From Gordonia sp. (in: high G+C Gram-positive bacteria) (lineage in GTDB: Bacteria; Actinomycetota; Actinomycetes; Mycobacteriales; Mycobacteriaceae), in NCBI RefSeq assembly GCF_047600565.1, contig NZ_JASGKN010000001.1, positions 221,628 through 285,627 on the forward strand: a stretch of 64,000 nt of DNA. The letters run 5' to 3'. Positions 56,065-64,000 of this stretch are shown piece by piece. Both the position numbers and the translations under genes were made by a program. Positions within the stretch are counted from its first letter, which is position 1. Each line of letters starts with the position of its first letter. The notes under the pieces were generated by a model. The model was given only the letters and a program-made list of their open reading frames with translations. It was not told the DNA's origin and did not search any database.

Positions 56065-56278
56065 GTGACCGGAGCCGGACTGTCGCCGCCGGCGCGTTTC
56101 AGCCCGGCCACCATCGCACGAATGGTCCGGACGGTCGCCGAGGTGCCGTGGGAGCGGACCGAAGTGAACGGTGCGCTCGTCACCGTCATCGATCCGGTCG
56201 ACGCCGAGGAGGTCACCACCGTCCTCCTCGCGGCCTTCTCCTCACATCCCGATCTCCTCACATCCCGATCCGGAGGAC
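56065..56278 (+). other. Coding-looking 5' segment that would fuse in frame to the RT if one 16-bp repeat copy were removed
   Basis: GTG 56065 follows GAAAGGGA. Strong GC3 bias through ...EEVTTVLLAAFSSHPD. In the present sequence this frame then runs out of phase across the RT gene to 56685. Confidence 0.45.
56238..56269 (+). repeat. Perfect 16-bp tandem duplication
   Basis: ctcctcacatcccgat occurs twice (56238-56253 and 56254-56269). Because 16 is not a multiple of 3, it shifts the frame by one. Confidence 0.95.
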
Positions 56279-57340
56279 ATGACCGGACTGGTGGCCGCCC
56301 TGCCGGCGCCCACCCGAGTGTGGTCACCCCAACCGCCGACCGGCCGTCCCCGGTTCGGTGTTCCCACGATCGACGACGTGGCCGCCCTGGCGGCGTGGCT
56401 GAACCTGAGTCTCGAAGAACTGGACTGGTTCGCGGCGCGCGGCCGCTGGTCGGTGCGGGCGGCGCCCCGGCTTCGGCACTACCGGGTGGCGCGGATCGCC
56501 AAACGCGGTGGCGGGGTACGGATCATCGAGGCGCCGAAGGAACGACTCGCCACGATTCAGCGCACGATCCTCGACCACATCCTGATCGCGGTGCCACCCC
56601 ACCCGGCGGCACACGGATTCGTCCGCGGGCATTCGGTGATCGACTTCGCGCAGCCGCACACCGGACGTCGTGTCCTCGTCCGTGAAGACCTCCGGCACTG
56701 CTTCGAGCATGTGACCTATCCGCGGGTGAAAGCGGTGTTCGGTGCGATCGGCTATCCGCCGCCGGTGGCGACCTATCTGGCCGGTCTGTGCACCACGGTG
56801 GTGGCGGTCGCCGACAGGACGGGCCTCACCCCGCTGCACGCCGCGCTCCTGCGGGAACGGCACCTGCCACAGGGTGCGCCTCCATCACCGGCGCTGCTGA
56901 ACCTGGTCCTGCGCCGCCTGGACTTCCGGATCGCCGGATACGCGGCCGCACACCACCTGACCTACACCCGGTACGCCGACGACCTGGCCTTCTCCGGTGA
57001 CGAGGTCGATGTGGGCGCACTGCGCTGGTTCATCGGCCGGGTGGTGGCGAGCGAGGGCTTCGTGGTCCACCCCGACAAGACCCAGGTGATGTACGACCAT
57101 CAGCGGCAACGACTGGGAGGCCTCGTCGTCAACGAGGGGGTGCGGGCGAGTCGCCACGACTTCGACGCCCTCAAAGCGCTGCTGCACAACGCCGCCCGGA
57201 CCGGTGGTGAAGCGCAGAACCGTGCCGGACTGCCCGATTTCCGCGCCCACGTGTACGGCCGCATCGAATGGGTGTCGACCGGGTCGCCGGAACGTCGGGC
57301 ACGGCTCCTCGCGATGGCCGGCCGCGTCGACTGGGGCTGA
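56279..57340 (+). CDS. Retron-type reverse transcriptase
   Basis: RT motifs [18 protein letters not shown] (1-2), VREDLRHCF (A), [20 protein letters not shown] (4), [11 protein letters not shown] (YADD at 56972-56983), and KTQVM...RLGGLVVNE (6-7). Block-by-block resemblance to retron Ec86 RT as I remember it. The minimal start is ATG 56279; the true start may be 56065. Confidence 0.85.
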   Translation: MTGLVAALPAPTRVWSPQPPTGRPRFGVPTIDDVAALAAWLNLSLEELDWFAARGRWSVRAAPRLRHYRVARIAKRGGGVRIIEAPKERLATIQRTILDHILIAVPPHPAAHGFVRGHSVIDFAQPHTGRRVLVREDLRHCFEHVTYPRVKAVFGAIGYPPPVATYLAGLCTTVVAVADRTGLTPLHAALLRERHLPQGAPPSPALLNLVLRRLDFRIAGYAAAHHLTYTRYADDLAFSGDEVDVGALRWFIGRVVASEGFVVHPDKTQVMYDHQRQRLGGLVVNEGVRASRHDFDALKALLHNAARTGGEAQNRAGLPDFRAHVYGRIEWVSTGSPERRARLLAMAGRVDWG

Positions 57341-57341
57341 C

Positions 57342-57806
57342 TCAGACCGCGCCGTCGAAGCCGTTCTGCCGCCACGCCTCGTAGAGGGCGACGCTGGTGG
57401 CGTTCGCCAGATTCATGGAGCGACGGTCCGGCAGCATCGGGATACGCAACTGGTCGGTGATGTGCGTGTCGGACAGAACCTCGTCGGGCAGCCCGGTGGG
57501 TTCGGGACCGAACAACAGCACGTCGCCGGGCCGGTAGTCGACATCGGTGTAGAAGCGGGTGGCGTGTGCGGTGAACGCGAACACCCGTTCCGGTGCCAGA
57601 ACCGTCCACGCGGTCTCCAGATCCGGGTGCACCGTCACGTTCGCCATCTCGTGGTAGTCGAGGCCGGCCCGTTTCACCTGGGTGTCGGTCATGGTGAACC
57701 CGAGCGGCTCGATCAAATGCAGCTCGCAGCCGGTATTGGCGGCGATGCGGATCGCATTACCGGTATTCGGCGGGATGCACGGCTGGTAGTAGACGATCCG
57801 GAACAC
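57342..57806 (-). CDS. trmL: tRNA (cytidine/uridine-2'-O)-methyltransferase TrmL (SpoU family)
   Basis: [26 protein letters not shown] and [11 protein letters not shown]...RIPM...[19 protein letters not shown] start at 57806. The rest of the 458-aa track ORF is antisense to folD. Confidence 0.9.
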   Translation of the reverse strand: MFRIVYYQPCIPPNTGNAIRIAANTGCELHLIEPLGFTMTDTQVKRAGLDYHEMANVTVHPDLETAWTVLAPERVFAFTAHATRFYTDVDYRPGDVLLFGPEPTGLPDEVLSDTHITDQLRIPMLPDRRSMNLANATSVALYEAWRQNGFDGAV

Positions 57807-57839
57807 GGCCTCGACCTTACGGCGTGGAAGAATGGCAGC

Positions 57840-58715
57840 GTGACGGCGACACGACTGGACGGCAAGACCACCCGCGACGAGATCTTCGACGACCTCAAGG
57901 TCCGGGTGGACCGGCTCCGCGAGAACGGGATCACCCCCGGACTGGGCACGATCCTGGTGGGCGACGATCCCGGCTCGCACTCCTACGTCAAAGGCAAGCA
58001 CGGCGACTGCGCCAAGATCGGTGTCGCATCCATCCGCAAGGATCTGCCGGCCGACATCACCACCGATGAGCTGAACGCGGCGATCGACGAACTCAACGCC
58101 GACCCCGCCTGCACCGGCTACATCGTGCAGCTGCCGCTGCCCAAGCATCTCGACGAGAACGCCGCCCTCGAGCGGATCGCGCCGGAGAAGGACGCCGACG
58201 GCCTGCACCCGATCAACCTGGGCCGGCTGGTCCTCGGCAAGGACTCCACGCTGCCCTGCACGCCGCGCGGTGTGATCCACCTGCTGCGCCGTTACGACAT
58301 TCCGATCGACGGTGCCCACGTGGTGGTCGTGGGCCGCGGCGTCACCATCGGCCGCCCGATCGGTCTGCTGCTGACACGACGCAGCGAGAACGCGACGGTC
58401 ACCCTCTGCCACACCGGCACCCGCGACCTGGCCGCCGAGGTCAAGCGCGCCGACATCGTGATCGCCGCCGCCGGCGTCGCGCACCTGATCACGCCCGACA
58501 TGGTGAAGCCGGGTGCCACCGTCATCGATGTGGGCGTCAGCCGCACCGAAGACGGGCTGGCCGGCGACGTCGATCCGGGAGTCTGGGAGGTGGCCGGCGC
58601 GGTCTCGCCGAACCCGGGCGGCGTGGGTCCGCTGACCCGCGCCTTCCTGCTGGTGAACGTCGTCGAGCGGGCCGAGGCCGAGCTCGCCGCCCAGCAGGAA
58701 ACAGTCGGGCTCTGA
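57840..58715 (+). CDS. folD: Bifunctional methylenetetrahydrofolate dehydrogenase/cyclohydrolase
   Basis: [29 protein letters not shown], and [17 protein letters not shown] 57840 lies inside track ORF 57204-58715. Confidence 0.95.
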   Translation: MTATRLDGKTTRDEIFDDLKVRVDRLRENGITPGLGTILVGDDPGSHSYVKGKHGDCAKIGVASIRKDLPADITTDELNAAIDELNADPACTGYIVQLPLPKHLDENAALERIAPEKDADGLHPINLGRLVLGKDSTLPCTPRGVIHLLRRYDIPIDGAHVVVVGRGVTIGRPIGLLLTRRSENATVTLCHTGTRDLAAEVKRADIVIAAAGVAHLITPDMVKPGATVIDVGVSRTEDGLAGDVDPGVWEVAGAVSPNPGGVGPLTRAFLLVNVVERAEAELAAQQETVGL

Positions 58716-58716
58716 C

Positions 58717-59040
58717 ATGGCCGGCTACGACGTCGAACGCATCACGCGGGCACGGAGACGGTTCCGGATCATCCGGCAGATCCCGTACTTCGTGGTGCTC
58801 GCGGTCGTCGCCGTGGCCGCGATCCTGGTTCTGATGGATCGCTGGCGCCGCGGCACGTTCGTGTTCGGATCAGCCCTCATCCTGGGCGCGATCTTCCGCG
58901 CGGTGATGCCGGCCGAACGGGTCGGACTGCTCGCCGTCCGCAGCCGGGCGTTCGACGTCACCACGATGGCCGGACTCGGCATGCTCGTGATCTGGTTGTC
59001 GACCTCGATCGACTCGCTGGGCACCGGCGACCACCTGTAG
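58717..59040 (+). CDS. DUF3017-like small membrane protein
   Basis: 107 aa with three TM segments, directly after folD as in mycobacteria. Confidence 0.65.
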   Translation: MAGYDVERITRARRRFRIIRQIPYFVVLAVVAVAAILVLMDRWRRGTFVFGSALILGAIFRAVMPAERVGLLAVRSRAFDVTTMAGLGMLVIWLSTSIDSLGTGDHL

Positions 59041-59067
59041 CCGCGCAGGCCGTTCCCGGAGCCGCTC

Positions 59068-60213
59068 TCAGGAGTTGCGGCGGGCCAGGTCCAGCGTCTG
59101 CCGCAGCAGTTCGCCGATCGGCTCCTTCTCGGTGAGGAAGCCGTCGTGACCGGCCGCCGAATGCACCACCTGCAGTCCGCCGACGCAGTTGCCGAGGTCG
59201 GCCGCCAGTTCGGCCTGCTGGTACAGCGGGTAGAGGCGGTCGGAGTCGATGCCGCCGACGACCGTGGGTACCGGGCAGCCGTTGAGTGCCGTGGTGACGC
59301 CACCGCGTCCGCGGCCGACGTCGTGGCTGTTCAGGACATGGGTGAGGGCCACGTAGGCGCCCGGGTCGAAGCGCTTCTGCAGCTTTTCGGCCTGATACTC
59401 GAGGTAGCTCTGCACCGAATAGCGCCCGTCGGTCAGCGGATCCTCGTCGCCCTGGGGGAGGTTCTGGAAGCGGGCATCCAGTTCGGCGTCGCTGCGGTAC
59501 GACAGGTGCGCGATACGGCGGGCGATGCCCATGCCGTCCATCGGGGCCTGGCCGGTGCCGTAGTAGTCGCCGTTCTGCCAGCGCGGATCGGACGTGATGG
59601 CCGCGATCTGCGTGGTCTGGGTGCCGATCTGATCGGCCGACGCCCGGGCGCCCACGGCCAGCACGAGCGCCGCGCCGACGCGGTCCGGGTACGACACCAT
59701 CCACTCCAGGACGCGGGCGCCGCCCATCGAACCGCCGGCCACCGCGGCGAACCGGGTGATGCCGAGCTTCTCGAACGCGCGGGCTTCGGCGTCGACGGTG
59801 TCGCGCACGGTGAGGCGCGGGAATCGGGAACCCCACGGCTTGCCGTCAGGAGCCTCACTGGCCGGACCGGTGGAGCCGTAGCAGCCGCCGATCGAGTTGG
59901 GGGCGAGCACACACCACTCGTCGGTGTCGACGACGCAGCCCGGGCCGACCAGCCCGTCCCACCAGCCGGCCATCACGTACTTGCCCTGCGGCGGGCCGGT
60001 GACGTGCGAGTTGCCGGTCAGGGCGTGCAGTGCGAGGACGAGATTGTCTCGATCGGCGGTGGGGGTTCCCCAGCGCTGGAAGGTGACGGTGACGTCTTCG
60101 AGCCGTTCACCTGATTCGAGCTCGAGGTCGCCGATGGGGACGGCGATCTCGGCCCCGTCCGGACCGGAGGTCCAGTCGGGGCCGACGATCGTGTCTCCGG
60201 CGGGCTTGCTCAC
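59068..60213 (-). CDS. metX: Homoserine O-acetyltransferase
   Basis: [13 protein letters not shown], nucleophile elbow GGSMGG, and C-terminal AGHDGFL. Confidence 0.9.
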   Translation of the reverse strand: MSKPAGDTIVGPDWTSGPDGAEIAVPIGDLELESGERLEDVTVTFQRWGTPTADRDNLVLALHALTGNSHVTGPPQGKYVMAGWWDGLVGPGCVVDTDEWCVLAPNSIGGCYGSTGPASEAPDGKPWGSRFPRLTVRDTVDAEARAFEKLGITRFAAVAGGSMGGARVLEWMVSYPDRVGAALVLAVGARASADQIGTQTTQIAAITSDPRWQNGDYYGTGQAPMDGMGIARRIAHLSYRSDAELDARFQNLPQGDEDPLTDGRYSVQSYLEYQAEKLQKRFDPGAYVALTHVLNSHDVGRGRGGVTTALNGCPVPTVVGGIDSDRLYPLYQQAELAADLGNCVGGLQVVHSAAGHDGFLTEKEPIGELLRQTLDLARRNS

Positions 60214-61520
60214 TTGGCTGCGGCGAAGCCCTGGTCGAGGTCGGCGAGGATGTCGTCGATGTTCTCGATACCGACGGCCAGGCGCACCAGGCCGGGGGTG
60301 ACACCGGCGGCCGCCAGCTCGGATTCGTTGAGCTGGCTGTGTGTGGTGGAGGCCGGATGGATCACCAGCGAACGGACGTCACCGATGTTGGCGACCAGAC
60401 TGTGCAGGGTGAGGGCGTCGACGAACTTCTTGCCCGCCTCGGCGCCACCGTCGATCTCGAAACCGATCACCGCGCCCTGGCCCTTCGGCAGCAGCTTCTG
60501 GCCGATCTCGTAGTACGGCGACGACTGCAGGCCGGCGTACGACACCGAGGTCACCTGCGGGTGCTTCTCCAGGTAGTCGGCCACCTTCTGGGCGTTCGCC
60601 ACGTGGCGTTCGACGCGCAGGCTGAGGGTCTCGATGCCCTGGGCCAGCAGGAAGGCGTTGAACGGCGAGATGGCGGCGCCGGTGTCGCGGAGCAGCTGGA
60701 TGCGTGCCTTGAGGGCGTAGGCGGGGGCGCCCAGGTCGGCGATCACCAGACCGCCGTAGCTGGGGTCCGGGGTGGTGAAGCCCTGGAACAGCGACTCGCC
60801 GTCACGCTGCTGGGTCCAGTCGAAGCTGCCGCCGTCGATGAGCACGCCGCCGATGGAGGTGCCGTGGCCGCCGATGTACTTGGTGGCCGAGTGCACGACG
60901 ACGTCGGCGCCGTGCTTGAGCGGGTTCAGCAGGTACGGGGTCGCGACGGTGTTGTCGACGATCAGCGGCAGGTTGTTCTCGTGGGCGACGCCCGCGACGC
61001 CCTCGATGTCGAGGACCTGGTTGTGCGGGTTGGAGATGGTCTCACCGAAGACCGCGCGGGTGTTCGGCTTGATGGCCTTGCGCCACGAGTCCAGGTCGTC
61101 GGGATCCTCGACGAAGATCACCTCGATGCCGAACTTGGGCAGCGTGTGCTGGAACAGGTTGTAGGTGCCGCCGTAGATGCGGGGGCTGGCCACCACGCTC
61201 TGGCCGGCTTCGACGATGTTCTGGATCGCGTAGGTGGTCGCGGCCTGGCCCGAGGCGAGCAGCAGTGCCGCGACACCGCCTTCGAGGGCGGCGAGACGCT
61301 GCTCGACGGCGTCCTGCGTCGGGTTGGTGATGCGGGTGTAGATGTTGCCCGGATCCGACAGGGCGAAGCGGGCCGCCGCGTGGTCGGTGTCGTCGAAGAC
61401 GAACGAGGTGGTCTGGTAGATCGGGAGGGCCCGGGCGCCGGTGTCGGAGTCGACCGTCTGGCCGGCGTGCACCTGCAGGGTTTCGAAGCTCCACTTGCTG
61501 GCGTCAGTCATGGACGTCAT
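60210..61520 (-). CDS. metY: O-acetylhomoserine sulfhydrylase (aminocarboxypropyltransferase)
   Basis: [20 protein letters not shown], and the PLP site [11 protein letters not shown]. Confidence 0.9.
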   Translation of the reverse strand: MTSMTDASKWSFETLQVHAGQTVDSDTGARALPIYQTTSFVFDDTDHAAARFALSDPGNIYTRITNPTQDAVEQRLAALEGGVAALLLASGQAATTYAIQNIVEAGQSVVASPRIYGGTYNLFQHTLPKFGIEVIFVEDPDDLDSWRKAIKPNTRAVFGETISNPHNQVLDIEGVAGVAHENNLPLIVDNTVATPYLLNPLKHGADVVVHSATKYIGGHGTSIGGVLIDGGSFDWTQQRDGESLFQGFTTPDPSYGGLVIADLGAPAYALKARIQLLRDTGAAISPFNAFLLAQGIETLSLRVERHVANAQKVADYLEKHPQVTSVSYAGLQSSPYYEIGQKLLPKGQGAVIGFEIDGGAEAGKKFVDALTLHSLVANIGDVRSLVIHPASTTHSQLNESELAAAGVTPGLVRLAVGIENIDDILADLDQGFAAAK

Positions 61521-61574
61521 CGCTTTCTCTCGGTCGGCCGGACAACGGTCCGGTTCTTCTGGGTCCGACCATCG

Positions 61575-61694
61575 GACCCGCGCTTGCCTCAGTCTGCCAG
61601 GGGCGGCTGTGGCCAGGTCATCACCCGGAGCACCCCACCGCGGTTGGAGGGTTGCCGGTCAGCGAGCCGGGGCTTGGCGCTGACACTCTTGACC
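61575..61694 (-). promoter_or_regulatory. SAM-IV riboswitch in the metY-metX leader
   Basis: The minus-strand RNA GGUCAAGAGUGUCAGCGCCAAGCCCCGGCUCGCUGACCGGCAACCCUCCAACCGCGGUGGGGUGCUCCGGGUGAUGACC...GGCAAGCGCGGGUC is nearly collinear with the mycobacterial SAM-IV sequence I remember. It ends 54 nt upstream of the metY ATG. Confidence 0.85.
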
Positions 61695-61902
61695 TGCCTT
61701 GAAGAATATCCCACCGGGTCAGGCGCAGGAAAAGAGCAAACCCGGCGTGAGCAAAACCCTGGTCGGCGTCCGCGAAGCCGATCCGCGACACGCGGAGATA
61801 TGATTTGCGCAACTAGCGGACAAAGAACGTGACAGGGGTCATACTTACTGCCTAGTAAGGAAGTCCGTCGGGGACCTCCTCCCAGCCCGGGGAGATGTAC
61901 AC

Positions 61903-63663
61903 ATGCGCACGATCGGCATGTCAGTGCTGCGCAACAGCAGCGTTCGTAAGGGGACGGTCGTTCTGGCCGCCGCAGCTCTCGTCGGCAGTGCCGGCCTGCT
62001 CAGTGGAGTCGGCAACGGTACGGCGTCGGCGTTCGATTGCTCCAAGAGCGGTGCGGTGTTCAGCGTGCCGGGAACCAACGATCCCGGCGGTGCCGGCATG
62101 ACCGGGGCCGAGCAGCGCTATCGCGGCAACGGCTACGACGTCGTCAAGATTGAATACAAGACGACGCTGTGGCCGCTCGGCTCCCCGGGATACGACGAGG
62201 ACGTGCGTCAAGGCATCGCCGAGACCAAGAAGCAGATCGCGGCCTACAACGCGGAGTGCAATAAGGACGGCGACAAGAAGATCGTCGTCATCGGCTACTC
62301 GCAGGGCGCGCGCATCGCCGGCGACGTCCTCTCCGACATCGGCACCGGCCGCGACGACCTCGGCCTCGACCACGACGACGTCTCCGGTGAACTGTGGTCC
62401 GATCCGCGACGCGACGGCGACAAGACCGGCCGCGGTATCGAGGTCGCGTTCCTCGGCGTGATCCCCGGTCTGACGATGAACGGCAAACGAGACGGCGGCT
62501 TCGGCGACGTCGCCGTCAACGAGTACTGCCGCTCCGGCGACGGAATCTGCGATCTGCCGGACATCGTCCACGACCCGGCCGGTGTCATCAACAGCTTCAT
62601 CGGCTACTTCACCCGCCACACCTGGTACCCGAGCCAGATGGGTCTGGACTACTCGCAGTGGACCTGTGACAAGACGACGAAGGGCAAGACGAACGACTGC
62701 TTCGTCGAGGACCGGTCCACGATCGCCGAACTGCGGAACGGTTTTGTCAACGACTTCCGCCACCTGGTCGGGCTCCCGGACCGGACGGTGATCGACTTCT
62801 GGAGCATGATCCCGAACGCCGACCACATCCTGCCGAACGTGACGGTGTCCGATCTGCAGCCGGTGATCAAGCCGGTGCTCGATCTGCTTCCGCAGCTGCC
62901 CCAACTCGGTTACGGCGGCTACCTGCCGGACCTCTTCATGTTCACCGACATCCTCAACGGCGTCGTGAACCTCGACCCCGGCCTCGTCGGCGAGGGTGTG
63001 AAAGAGGTGGCCGGCAGCCTGTTGTCGATCGTCAAGATGCCGGTCGTCTTCGTCGACCGCTGGGGCAAGCGGATCGTCACCACGGTCGAGAAGCTGATCG
63101 ACCCGAAGGACACGGAGAGCAAGCAGCTGGTCTCGGCGCTCGGCACCTCGGCCGGCGACGACGCGACGGCGAAGGACGGGGGCTTCACCCTGGATCTCGC
63201 GGCCACCAGCCGTGCAGTGAGCGCCGGCGTGCAACTCGACGAGAAGGCGTTCAACGGCAAGTCGGCGCTGACGCTCGATCAGCCGACGCTCAGCCGGCTC
63301 GGCGAGCCGACGCTGACGCGCCTTGCCGACACCGGCTCGTCCGGCGACGCCACGCTCGAGTACGCGCCGCCGACCACGACCACGGCTACCGCGCCCTCGG
63401 CGACGGGCGGCCCGGAGCTCAGCTACGCGCCGGCCCCGAAGACGTCGTCGGGCCAGCCGTCGGTCACGCAGTCCTCGCCGGTGCCGGCGCCGGTCGCTCC
63501 CGCGCCGCCGACCTCCAGCCCGCCCGCGCTCACCGGCGGCTCGCAGCCCAGCGCCGAGCCGGCGCCCGCTCCGCAGGTGCCGGTGGCACCGGAGTCGCCG
63601 TCGGCCCCCGACGCCTCGGTGTCCGGTGGCGGAGGCGGACAGTTGGAGTCCGCGGTCGGCTGA
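61903..63663 (+). CDS. Secreted cutinase / PE-PPE-like serine hydrolase with a Pro/Ala/Ser-rich C-terminal tail
   Basis: Signal peptide VVLAAAALVGSAGLL...GTASA, nucleophile motif VIGYSQGARIAG, and a low-complexity tail of roughly 110 aa. Confidence 0.7.
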   Translation: MRTIGMSVLRNSSVRKGTVVLAAAALVGSAGLLSGVGNGTASAFDCSKSGAVFSVPGTNDPGGAGMTGAEQRYRGNGYDVVKIEYKTTLWPLGSPGYDEDVRQGIAETKKQIAAYNAECNKDGDKKIVVIGYSQGARIAGDVLSDIGTGRDDLGLDHDDVSGELWSDPRRDGDKTGRGIEVAFLGVIPGLTMNGKRDGGFGDVAVNEYCRSGDGICDLPDIVHDPAGVINSFIGYFTRHTWYPSQMGLDYSQWTCDKTTKGKTNDCFVEDRSTIAELRNGFVNDFRHLVGLPDRTVIDFWSMIPNADHILPNVTVSDLQPVIKPVLDLLPQLPQLGYGGYLPDLFMFTDILNGVVNLDPGLVGEGVKEVAGSLLSIVKMPVVFVDRWGKRIVTTVEKLIDPKDTESKQLVSALGTSAGDDATAKDGGFTLDLAATSRAVSAGVQLDEKAFNGKSALTLDQPTLSRLGEPTLTRLADTGSSGDATLEYAPPTTTTATAPSATGGPELSYAPAPKTSSGQPSVTQSSPVPAPVAPAPPTSSPPALTGGSQPSAEPAPAPQVPVAPESPSAPDASVSGGGGGQLESAVG

Positions 63664-63708
63664 TGGGCGAACTCACAACCTACTGACAGGTAACCGCAAG
63701 GTTTCGCG

Positions 63709-63741
63709 CTGTGGAGCCAAACACATTCCGTGTTTCCACAG
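63709..63741 (+). terminator. Candidate stem-loop after the hydrolase gene
   Basis: ctgtgg-agcc-aaacac-attcc-gtgttt-ccacag gives 6+6 bp with a bulge. There is no U-tract. Confidence 0.35.
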
Positions 63742-63809
63742 ATTGAACATTGAAGTCAGAGCGGTTCCAGCGGTTGCCGGATGTACCAGGCTGCCTCGGA
63801 ATAGCCTGT

Positions 63810-64000
63810 GTGGCAAAGAAACTCAGCTCAAGGTCCAAAAAAGCGGTGCCGCTGGTCGTCGTCGCGCTCGCACTAGTACCCCCAGGCGCGGCGTTCGCCG
63901 GCGGCGACACCTCCGCAGGCTGCGGTGAGGGCGCCGCGGTGATCGTGGCGGGAACAGGTGCACCTCGCAATCACGAGGGACTGCCGACCGGCGGCGTCGA
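63810..64000 (+). CDS. Possible 5' part of a second secreted (cutinase-like) protein, cut by the window end
   Basis: From GTG 63810 the frame reads VAKKLSSRSKKAVPLVVVALALVPPGAAFAGGDTSAGCGEGAAVIVAGTGAP. This is signal-peptide-like, followed by a Cys and VIVAGT reminiscent of a cutinase N-terminus. It is not in the ORF track because no stop is reached. Confidence 0.35.
   Translation, partial: MAKKLSSRSKKAVPLVVVALALVPPGAAFAGGDTSAGCGEGAAVIVAGTGAPRNHEGLPTGGV

Noticed and set aside
55996-56685. 229-aa plus-strand ORF as an independent gene
   Set aside because: Only its segment from about 56065 to 56253 shows coding bias. After the 16-bp duplication it reads out of phase through the RT gene. I interpret it as the displaced 5' part of the RT frame.
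57807-58718. Upstream 300 codons of the 458-aa minus-strand ORF
   Set aside because: They are antisense to folD. TrmL homology starts at VFRIVYYQP (GTG 57806).

Overview
Very GC-rich actinobacterial chromosome segment of Corynebacteriales/Mycobacteriales type. By my memory of the M. tuberculosis map, gene order mirrors its Rv3436c-Rv3340 region: glmS, nnr, alr, tsaE-tsaB-rimI-tsaD, groES, whiB3, sigD-rsdA, guaB-guaB3, choD, cysK-cysE, bioY-ecfA-ecfT, guaA, imuA'-imuB, acrA1-like, dnaE2, folD, metX-metY. Many long track ORFs that run antisense to, or out of frame with, these genes are GC artefacts. Several accessory features sit on this backbone. (1) An approximately 10.8 kb catecholate-siderophore island lies between tsaD and groES; its C-A-T-TE NRPS is fused to a Fes-like esterase. 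(2) An enolase paralog plus histidine-phosphatase pair is present. (3) Two roughly 95 percent identical DUF222/HNH (REP13E12-like) genes form direct repeats about 50.8 kb apart, the second wedged between a LexA box and dnaE2. (4) A compact retron-like module lies next to dnaE2: a 14-nt a1/a2 inverted repeat, a structured ncRNA and an Ec86-like reverse transcriptase. It has no recognisable effector gene, and a 16-bp tandem duplication splits the RT reading frame. This is my top candidate for something new. (5) A family of 25-nt palindromic mini-elements sits in frame inside coding sequences. Also present are a CIRCE operator, two SOS boxes, a SAM-IV riboswitch and a frameshifted PspC-domain gene. 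I recognised no rRNA, tRNA, CRISPR array, transposase or integrase.
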